Below, in pieces: positions 17,681 through 25,600 of a DNA stretch of 29,102 bases (the stretch's first letter is position 1; each line of letters starts with the position of its first letter). Both the position numbers and the translations under genes were made by a program. The notes under the pieces are model-generated. The model was not told where the DNA came from and ran no database searches. It was given only the letters and a program-made list of their open reading frames with translations. This DNA is from a virus (taxonomy: Duplodnaviria > Caudoviricetes). The stretch is from positions 1 through 29,102 of the IMG/VR virus record IMGVR_UViG_3300032216_000217. One strand, given 5' to 3'.

Positions 17681-18463
17681 ATGGAAAAAGCAAACTTCTC
17701 TCAACTCTTGAACGATGCCATCAATCAACCCGGCATCATCAGCAAGTGCTACAGCACGTTCCACGGCTACAGCATCGGCAACCAATTGCTGGCCTACAGC
17801 CAGTGCATCGCCCGCGACATCCCCATCGGCCCCATCGCCACTTTCAAGAAGTGGAAAGACCTTGGCCGCTCAGTGAGCAAGGGCCAGAAGGCCATCGCCT
17901 TGGTAATGCCCGTCACCATCAGCAAGAAGGACGACGCAGGCGAAAAGACTGGCGAGGTGTTCAGCCTGTTCACTCTGCGCAATAACTGGTTCGTGCTCGG
18001 CCAGACCGAAGGCGAAGAGTTTGTCAACGAGGTGGTGATACCCTCATGGGATAAGGCCAAGGCGCTCGAGGCCCTCAGCATTACCGAGGTGACCTTCGGC
18101 CACACCGATGGCAATTGCCAAGGCTATGCGGTAGGCCAAAACATCGCGGTCAACCCTGTGGCTGTCCTGCCCCACAAAACCCGCTTCCATGAGATTGCCC
18201 ACGTTGTGCTCGGCCACACTAAGGAAGGCCAACTGTCCGACAGCGAGACAACACCCCGTGACGTGCGCGAAGTAGAGGCAGAGGGCGTGGCCTACATCCT
18301 GTGCTCACTGCTCGACTTGCCCGGCCTTCACGAGTCCCGTGGCTACATCCAGAACTGGTTGCAGGGCGCGGAGATCACCGACAAGACAGCCCAGCGAATC
18401 TTCAGTGCGGCCAACAAAATTCTCGAGGCTGGGCAGGATAAGGGAAAGTCCCTAGAAAAATAA
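17681..18463 (+). CDS. ardC: ArdC-like antirestriction protein (ssDNA-binding N-domain plus zincin-like metallopeptidase)
   Basis: Start revised to 17681; YSIGNQLL, TFKKWKDLGRSVSKGQKAI, HEIAH, EVEAEGVAY, SRGYIQNW. Confidence 0.85.
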   Translation: MEKANFSQLLNDAINQPGIISKCYSTFHGYSIGNQLLAYSQCIARDIPIGPIATFKKWKDLGRSVSKGQKAIALVMPVTISKKDDAGEKTGEVFSLFTLRNNWFVLGQTEGEEFVNEVVIPSWDKAKALEALSITEVTFGHTDGNCQGYAVGQNIAVNPVAVLPHKTRFHEIAHVVLGHTKEGQLSDSETTPRDVREVEAEGVAYILCSLLDLPGLHESRGYIQNWLQGAEITDKTAQRIFSAANKILEAGQDKGKSLEK

Positions 18464-18510
18464 ATTGAGGGAGGGGGTTGACAGCCCCTTCGTTTAATGT
18501 ACAATTACAC
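18440..18510 (+). promoter_or_regulatory. Early promoter P3
   Basis: TTGACA(18478-83)-16-TACAAT(18500-05); GTTTAA-N7-TTACAC; AAGGGAAAGTCCCTA at 18440-54. Confidence 0.8.
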
Positions 18511-18558
18511 CTAAGCACCGAATATCTCGATGCTACAACAGCGAATCAGGAGCGAACC

Positions 18559-19368
18559 ATGACACACCCATTTGAAAAAGCAGGACTCGGCAAAGCCCCC
18601 TTCTCATGCACCCATGTGACTGAGAATGTGTTTGTGGTCGGCGACGGCACAACCAAGGCTGGTGGTTGCTGTGACTACTGCGGCACTGGCATTCGTTGGG
18701 AGTTCTGGATCAAGGGTTCCATCGCTGGCGCTAAACAATTTAAAGTCGGTTGCGACTGTGTTGCCAAGACTGGCTGGGGTATTGATCGCTTTTTGGAAGT
18801 GCGCGCCGAGCACACACGCGCACGCCGTCAGGCTGGTGCTCAGAAGCGCCGCGAGTCACGCAAGGCCCAGATCGAGGCAGAACGCGCCCAGCGCACTGCA
18901 CAGCGCCTCGAAGCCACCCAAGCATGGCGCGATGCCAACAGCGCCTTGGTGGCCCGTTTAGAGGCTTACAGCGGCAACAACGAGTTCCTGCGCGGCATGA
19001 TCCAAAACTTGGCCCAATGGGGTAACTTGACCGCTCGTCAAGCAGAGGCCACTGAGTCCTGCTTTGCGGTGATCGACCGCCTCGAGGCCGCACGCGCCAA
19101 CAGCAAGCACATTGGCGCTGTAGGTGACAAGGTGACCTTGACTATCACTATCGAGCACATCATTGTGATTGAAGGCTTTTACGGTACTACCTATATCACC
19201 ATTGCCCATGACGAGCAGGGTAACGCCATCACTTACAAGGGCGCAGGCCGCACCATTGGCCGCAAAGGCGAGACACTCTCAATTAAAGCCAGCGTGAAAG
19301 AACACACCGAGTACAACGGCGTAAAACAAACAGCCATTCAGCGCCCCAAGGTGCTGGAGGCGGCATAA
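18559..19368 (+). CDS. Protein with N-terminal Zn finger and C-terminal OB-fold-like domain
   Basis: Start revised to 18559 (CAGGAG SD); CDYCG...VGCDC; HIGAVGDKVTL...D.QGN...VKEHTEYNGVKQT.I.RPK. Confidence 0.75.
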   Translation: MTHPFEKAGLGKAPFSCTHVTENVFVVGDGTTKAGGCCDYCGTGIRWEFWIKGSIAGAKQFKVGCDCVAKTGWGIDRFLEVRAEHTRARRQAGAQKRRESRKAQIEAERAQRTAQRLEATQAWRDANSALVARLEAYSGNNEFLRGMIQNLAQWGNLTARQAEATESCFAVIDRLEAARANSKHIGAVGDKVTLTITIEHIIVIEGFYGTTYITIAHDEQGNAITYKGAGRTIGRKGETLSIKASVKEHTEYNGVKQTAIQRPKVLEAA

Positions 19369-19388
19369 AAATAAATTTGTCAACCCCC

Positions 19389-19421
19389 TTGCGGGGTTGC
19401 GCGTTTAAGGTATACTTACAC
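19389..19421 (+). promoter_or_regulatory. Early promoter P4
   Basis: TTGCGG(19389-94)-16-TATACT(19411-16); GTTTAA-N7-TTACAC at 19403-21; overlaps a CAACCCC/GGGGTTG hairpin. Confidence 0.7.
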
Positions 19422-19445
19422 CATCAACAGCGAAAGGACAGTGAA

Positions 19446-19694
19446 ATGGCATACATAGCAGAGATCGAAACAAGAGTGGCAGGCATCCCTTGCCTTGTGG
19501 GTGTGACCTACTTCGAGAGCGTGCGCGGCTCTTACGACTACCACGCCGCCAGCGACATGGACTACCACGGCTACACCGAGTGCGAGTTTGAGGTGCTTGA
19601 CCGCCGTGGCCGCAAGGCCCCTTGGCTGGAGCGCAAACTAACCGACAAGATCATTCAAGAGATCGAGCAAGACATTGCAGACCAACTTAACTAA
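19446..19694 (+). CDS. Hypothetical protein, 82 aa
   Basis: Start revised to 19446 (AAGGA SD). Confidence 0.78.
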   Translation: MAYIAEIETRVAGIPCLVGVTYFESVRGSYDYHAASDMDYHGYTECEFEVLDRRGRKAPWLERKLTDKIIQEIEQDIADQLN

Positions 19695-19704
19695 GGAGCG
19701 AACC

Positions 19705-19899
19705 ATGAGCGAAGAACTTGAAACAACCATTTACACAAAAGACGATTCCCGTGTCTCTCTCTCTGAGTGGGACGACGGCGGCGCGTGGCTCAAGATTGGC
19801 GTGAGGAGCGGAGGCGCTTACACCGTCTTGACCCGTGAAGAGGCCCAGCAACTGCTGGAAGGCTTGCAGGCCATCTTGGCAAAGGAGGTAACCGCATGA
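19705..19899 (+). CDS. Hypothetical protein, 64 aa
   Basis: Start revised to 19705 (TAAGGAG SD). Confidence 0.75.
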   Translation: MSEELETTIYTKDDSRVSLSEWDDGGAWLKIGVRSGGAYTVLTREEAQQLLEGLQAILAKEVTA

Positions 19900-20093
19900 C
19901 CGAAGAGACAATCAAGTATCGGGACGCATTCCCAAAGGACTACAAACTGTCAAGGGATTGGCAGGGTATCACCCTCGAGGACATTGACTCACAGTGGGAA
20001 AAGTCTAAGGATGCCCACCCATCGTTTGGTCAGCAACTCGGCCACTTTGCCGCAGGTATAGATAAAACATTGAAGGAGCGCAACCATGAATAA
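19896..20093 (+). CDS. Hypothetical protein, 65 aa
   Basis: AAGGAGGT SD; ATGA overlap. Confidence 0.72.
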   Translation: MTEETIKYRDAFPKDYKLSRDWQGITLEDIDSQWEKSKDAHPSFGQQLGHFAAGIDKTLKERNHE

Positions 20094-20304
20094 GAAGGAA
20101 ATAGACGAGATGATGAAAGACCTTCCAAGCCAGCAGGAGCCTGAAGAAACTTTGCTGGAAAAGATCGGAATTGCTATAATGGTTTTGTTGGTTGTGTTTG
20201 TTTTGGCGTGGGTTCCAGACTTCGTGTTGTCTGAGCAGGAATGCGCACAGCAAGAGTCAAGCGCTTACGTCAAAAATCTTTGCAAAGAAGATACGAAACC
20301 TTAA
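20086..20304 (+). CDS. Small single-pass membrane protein, 72 aa
   Basis: AAGGAG SD; IGIAIMVLLVVFVLAW transmembrane segment. Confidence 0.72.
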   Translation: MNKKEIDEMMKDLPSQQEPEETLLEKIGIAIMVLLVVFVLAWVPDFVLSEQECAQQESSAYVKNLCKEDTKP

Positions 20305-20345
20305 TGGTTTCACAATGGTTTTCGGAGGTCTGTAATCTTTATATA

Positions 20346-20567
20346 GGTGAAGTAGGCCAAGCCCGTGTGATTCGGGACAAAGCGTCCGGGGGAAGGTGAC
20401 CCGGAGCCATCACGCATGGGGATTGTGTTTGACGCTATGCACATAGCATAGAGAGTCAGTAGTCCCCAGCCGTGTTGGTTGTTAAGCCAGCGTTCGAGGA
20501 TGTCGACGCGCAGATTTTTCTGGCTTTCCACTGCGCCTGAGCCGAAGACCGAATCGAGACCAACAAC
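20346..20567 (+). ncRNA. Putative multi-domain structured RNA cassette, family not recognised
   Basis: 331-nt gap lacking a credible ORF; helices TGGGGATT/AGTCCCCA, GCTATG/CATAGC, CCGGG/CCCGG, TGTTGGT/ACCAACA, GCGCAG/CTGCGC and pseudoknot AAGCCAG/CTGGCTT. Strand assumed from flanking genes. Confidence 0.6.
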
Positions 20568-20571
20568 CTAC

Positions 20572-20600
20572 TGGCGAAAACCAATAAGGTTTGCTACACT
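20572..20600 (+). promoter_or_regulatory. Candidate terS promoter with a palindrome in its spacer
   Basis: Extended -10 TGcTACACT (20592-20600); weak -35 TGGCGA 17 nt upstream; AAACC-N5-GGTTT at 20578-92. Confidence 0.5.
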
Positions 20601-20635
20601 TGCGGTAAGACAAACCAATCAGGGGAATACGGGTC

Positions 20636-21220
20636 ATGCCAGAAACCGCCAAGAAGGGGTCAAAAAGCCCCGCCAAGCCATCAAAGCCTAAAGTACAGGC
20701 TAAGGGTGCTACAGCGCCCGCAAAGGCTCAAAACCCCGCAAAAAAAGTTCCGTTTGGTAGACCAGTAGAGTTCACAGACGCTATAGCAGACGAGATATGC
20801 TGGAGACTGGCTCATGGTGAGCCGTTAGTGCGTATATGCCAAGACGATCACCTTCCGCACTGTGCGACTATTTATCGTTGGTTGAATCGGTTTCCTGACT
20901 TCTGCGACTTGTACACGCGTGCGCGGGAAGATCAGGCTGACACCAACGCTGACGAAATCCTCCAGATTGCTGACGAGCACCCTCCTGAGTACACCGACAA
21001 GGATGGCCGCACTACGCTGGACGCAACCTACATCAACTGGCAGAGGAGCCGTATCGACGCACGCAAGTGGACGGCGGCCAAACTAAAGCCCCGCAAGTAC
21101 GGCGACCGATATGCTGTGGAGGGGGTGGAGGGTGGAGCGCCCATTGCCACGCAGGATGCCACGGCCAGCAAGTTCGAGGAAATCATCCGCAACATGGAGA
21201 TGACTAAGCGTGCTGGCTGA
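20636..21220 (+). CDS. terS: Terminase small subunit (Sf6-like)
   Basis: GRP..F...IADEIC.RLA.GE.L..IC...P...TIY.W; YTRARE; IDARKW.AAKLKPRKYG; directly upstream of terL. Confidence 0.9.
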   Translation: MPETAKKGSKSPAKPSKPKVQAKGATAPAKAQNPAKKVPFGRPVEFTDAIADEICWRLAHGEPLVRICQDDHLPHCATIYRWLNRFPDFCDLYTRAREDQADTNADEILQIADEHPPEYTDKDGRTTLDATYINWQRSRIDARKWTAAKLKPRKYGDRYAVEGVEGGAPIATQDATASKFEEIIRNMEMTKRAG

Positions 21221-22640
21221 CCTGTTCGACGAACAGACCGTGGCCGAGTTTGAAACTCTGCCTGAGCACAATCGAATCGCCTTTATTGCGCACGCCCAGT
21301 GGATAGCCAAGGCGCACGCTTACCAGATACCGCCAGACCTGCACTTGGATTACCGAGTTTTCTTAATGCTTGCTGGTCGTGGAGCGGGCAAGACTAGGTC
21401 GGCCGCTGAGGCTTTGTGGTGGTGGGCTTGGACGCACCCCGGCACGATGAACATCGTTCTGGCTCCTACGTCGGGTGACCTGAAATTCACCTGCTTTGAA
21501 GGGCCAAGCGGACTGCTCGCCTGTATACCCGAGCCGCTAGTTATTGACTACAACAAGCAAGACCACCTGATTAAATTAAGCAACGGCTCCAAGATTCGCG
21601 GCGTATCGGCTGATTCTTACGACCGTCTGCGCGGTATCAACTCCTCCTTTGTATGGTGCGACGAGTTGGCCGCATTCAATTACCTTGGCCCCAATGAGGC
21701 GTGGGACAACATGATGCTGGGCCTGCGTATCAAGCCAGACGACAAGCCCCACAGCCAGCCCCGTGTCATTGTGACAACGACTCCGCGCCCCAAGGACTTG
21801 ATCCTTGACTTGGTAGGCCGCGAAGGGGATGACGTGGTAATTTCCCGCGCCAGCACCTTTGACAACGCTAAGAACCTCGACAAGGCATTCCAGAGGCAGT
21901 TGGAGCAGTACAAAGGCTCCAAACTCTACCAACAAGAGGTGCTTGGAGAGGTGGTCGATCTTGAGGACGGCAAGGTGGTCTCCCGCGATATGTTCAAGAT
22001 GTGGCCTGCTGGCCGCCCCTTCCCTAAGTTCGAGTACATAGTCCAGAGTTACGACTGCGCCTATACCGATAAGGAATACAACGACCCCACGGCCATGACC
22101 ACTTGGGGTGTGTTCAAGCCACAAGACGGCCCGATGTCTGTCCTGCTCATTGACTGCTGGGCAGAGCACCTGACGTTCCCCAAACTAAAGGAGCGGGTGC
22201 AGGACGAGTGGCGGGTATCCTACGGTGAGGGCAAGGATGCCAAGCGCCCCGACTTGATCTTGGTTGAGGAGAAGGCGGCTGGCCTGTCCCTGATTCAGGA
22301 GTTGCAGAAGGCCCACTTGATGGTGCGTGGCTACAACCCGGGTCGGGCGGACAAGATGCAAAGGCTCCAGATCACGGCGGCCATCTTCACGGCCAAGCGG
22401 GTCTGGCTCCCAGAGTCCGAGGTACATAAGGACTATGTCAAGGACTGGGCGGAAGGGTTCCTATCCCAGATATGCGCCTTTCCTGATTCGACGCATGACG
22501 ACTATGTGGACTCAGCGACTCAGGCCATGCGTTGGTTAAAAGACATGGGATGGCTCGACATTGACCCTGAGCCACGGTATGATGACGATGACGATTACTT
22601 CGATGCCCAACCTGCGCGGGTCAACCCATATGCGGTGTAA
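21210..22640 (+). CDS. terL: Terminase large subunit
   Basis: YQ adenine-binding motif, Walker A AGRGAGKT, Walker B VWCDE, TTTP coupling motif, nuclease SYDCA and HDDYVDS. Confidence 0.96.
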   Translation: MLADLFDEQTVAEFETLPEHNRIAFIAHAQWIAKAHAYQIPPDLHLDYRVFLMLAGRGAGKTRSAAEALWWWAWTHPGTMNIVLAPTSGDLKFTCFEGPSGLLACIPEPLVIDYNKQDHLIKLSNGSKIRGVSADSYDRLRGINSSFVWCDELAAFNYLGPNEAWDNMMLGLRIKPDDKPHSQPRVIVTTTPRPKDLILDLVGREGDDVVISRASTFDNAKNLDKAFQRQLEQYKGSKLYQQEVLGEVVDLEDGKVVSRDMFKMWPAGRPFPKFEYIVQSYDCAYTDKEYNDPTAMTTWGVFKPQDGPMSVLLIDCWAEHLTFPKLKERVQDEWRVSYGEGKDAKRPDLILVEEKAAGLSLIQELQKAHLMVRGYNPGRADKMQRLQITAAIFTAKRVWLPESEVHKDYVKDWAEGFLSQICAFPDSTHDDYVDSATQAMRWLKDMGWLDIDPEPRYDDDDDYFDAQPARVNPYAV

Positions 22641-22642
22641 CT

Positions 22643-25600
22643 ATGCCTGACTATCCAAAACTTGCTAAAGGTCTTACTTCAGTGGTTAGGGGGGCTGATG
22701 AAGTCGCTCCAGCCGCCGTGACTGCGGTCTCTGCCGCCAAGGCCGCTAAAAACGCCCGAGCGTTCAGTGACAACCTATTGCAGTCAAACACCGCCAAGAT
22801 AATGGAAGAGTTGATGGCGGCCAATCCTAAGTTAACACCAGAGGCGGCGTTTAAGAAAGCAGGCGAGCAGGCCGAGCGTAAGTTGACGTGGGAGAAAGAA
22901 ACAAAGCCTGCGCTAGTCAAGCAGTACGGCCCGTTGGCTCGAGCCTCTTACGAAAAAACAAAAGTCAACAAGATGCAGAACACCAATGAGGCTGTTCAAA
23001 AGCGCATCCAAAAGGCTAACGATTTCCTTGATCAACCAACCGAGCCGTGGACACCACCGCGCCCAGAGTTGCAGGCGTTTGACCGCAAATCAATCCAAGA
23101 CGCGCTCGAAGGCTTTCCCGGCGTAGAGCAAACAGCCTTCCCCCGTGATGTACCAACCCGCGCCAGCACGTCCCATGTGGAGGGCTTGTACACCGATCCC
23201 GTCAACCGCGAGTTGATTAAGAAGCAGATCATGCGTGGCCTGCCTTTGGGTGGTGAGACCTTCTACGGTTCGCTGTACCCTATCAAGCAGGCAGTGCTCG
23301 AGGCTGGTATGCCAGCAGAGAAGTTTGACAAATGGGTTCATTCCCTTGCGCCAGCATCTGCCCGCAACTCCATCATCAACGAGACCGCCGTCGGCCAATT
23401 CCTGCGAGACATGAATGCTCGAGGCATCCCGCTGACTGAGGAGAATGTTGCTACAGAGATGGCTAAATACAGCCAGAAGTTTGGCGTCAGTTTGCCTTTG
23501 ATGCCTGTGCATCGTCAGGGCGTGGCTAACGTCCTAGAGGGCGGCCAAGACCTACGCGAGATGAGTAAGGCCAACATCCCAACCAACTACAAGATTCCGA
23601 CCTACGGCACACAGAAGACGGGCGACTTCGGCAAGTCAGTGGTGCTTGATGTCCATGAGGCCGCAGGGCAAACGCAGGGCAGTAAATACCACCCATACTT
23701 TAAAGAGCAGGGGGGCTTTGGCAACACCGAGTACAACGCAGGTGAGCAGGGCATGATGGGGATTGCTGACGAGTTGGGGATACCCGGCGGTATGGCGCAG
23801 GCTGGCCGCTGGTTTGGTGGTGGTGAACTTACGGGCCTGAAGTCCCCAAGAGGTGATGCGCTTGACATTCTTGAGCGACAAGTTGCCTACACACTTCAAC
23901 AACAGGGTAGACAACCAAACCCCGCAAATATCCGCGAAGAAATCCTAAACCAGATTAGAACAGGCGAAGGACAACTTTTACCTTGGTACAAGAGCGAAGG
24001 CATCCCCGATGTCCGCGAAACTGGCCTACAACGAAAAGATGGAGGCGATGTGCACAACACAACATTTACTGGTGGGCTATCGTCCATCAAAAATCATTTC
24101 CCCGACGGCGGCCCTGTGGTTACTTCACCAGAAGACTTCCAAAAGCAATGGTCTGCATATGCAGGCAAAACGGATGATGCCTCTGTCAGTGCAAGACAGG
24201 CGTTGTCTTCTGCGTTAGAAAATTACCAGACTAATCAGAATGTGCAAAATTTGTATAACTTAGATAAAGGCAATGCAAATACTTTTATTGCGGATGCTAG
24301 TGCTGGTTTAGCACCTTTATCGCAAGGCCAAGACCCTGATACACAAACATATACGCCAGAAGCATTTAAAACGATGACTGCTTTTGAGCAAGCCTTAACC
24401 GCAGGAAACAATCAATCCACATTAGCAGGAAGACAAAACGCGGCAAATGCGTTGATGAAAGAGTTTCAAGGCACAGGAGATAACCCATTATTGGGGCAGT
24501 ACAACCAATTGTCTGGCGGCACTATTCTGCCTTGGCAAAATGGTGTCCCTACTCCCGGAATGGCAGGAACCTCTGCATCTAGCGCATCCGTTTCTAGTAC
24601 ACCTACAGCAAATAACACAACTAGTGCAAATGCTTCTGTTAAACCTCTTGGTATTTTAGGAACAAGCACGTTAATACCGGGGTTTTCATATCCTAGTAGT
24701 GATGCATCAAATACTCAACCACCAGTAGCAACGGATACTAGAACTGATCCAGCAACTCTTAAAAAAATATACGGTATTACAAATCCTGCACTTTTAACTT
24801 ACATTGCCTCAACACCAGAATTGAGAGATGTTGATATTAAAAATTTAACTTTGGCTTTTAACTCAAAAACGCCACAAGAAGTTAATGCTTTACAAACTTC
24901 TGGCTCGACTCTTAATGATCTTGCTTACAAAGAACTTCGAAATCAAGAGGCAGAGATACAACGTAAAAAAGATATAGCCAATCCTAATTCTTGGCTTTAT
25001 GCAAAAAATACTTACGACCCAACAAAAGACATAAAACGACAGGCAATGATGTTTGGTCAATATGCACAAGACAACCAATATTCACCTCTTTTAAATGCGG
25101 ATGAAAAATCTCCTTCTGCAAAATTAAATGAGTTGAAAGATATGTATAAAAATCAATTGGACGTTAAAAAAGACGCAATGGGTTTTACACATATCAACAC
25201 AAGTGAAGGTATTTACACTTTTGACAAAAACGGAAAACCAGTAGGGTTTAATTTGCCTTCATCAGATTACAGGTCGCAAGTTCAACAAACTGGTACTCCA
25301 AACAATCTGATTGATAAATATGGAAATTTATCTGCAAGTGATGGTTTTAATCAATTTGGTATTTATACTGGAAAAAAAGACGGTGGTTCTATTTCTGGCG
25401 GTTCGTTTACTCAAAGACTTAACGCCGCTATCGAGCGCCACATGGCTGGAGGTGGCGTAGTTAACATGAGCGACACAACGCCAGACATTACCGACGGCGA
25501 AAACATTATTCAACATAGTTTCTACGCCAAAGGTGGCAACGTCCATATGCCTGTGCGTAGTCTTAAGCAGTTAAAAAGCACAAGGTTAACGGGTCAATCC

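Noticed and set aside
20346-20409. tRNA-Ser-like look (GGTGAAGTAGGCCAAG start, CCCG-TGTGATT-CGGG 7-nt loop, ends in GCCA)
   Set aside because: No acceptor-stem pairing, no TTC T-loop and no U33; kept only as part of the structured cassette.
20310-20691. Short ORFs overlapping the structured region (20310-20531 -, 20479-20691 +, 20482-20676 -)
   Set aside because: No convincing SD or protein-like features; the dense helices explain the region better.
25221-25249. Internal TTGACA promoter
   Set aside because: No -10 hexamer at 16-18 nt spacing.
24047-25372. AT-rich insert as an intein or intron
   Set aside because: No C/S...HN-C/S/T splice junctions or LAGLIDADG motifs, and no frame interruption.
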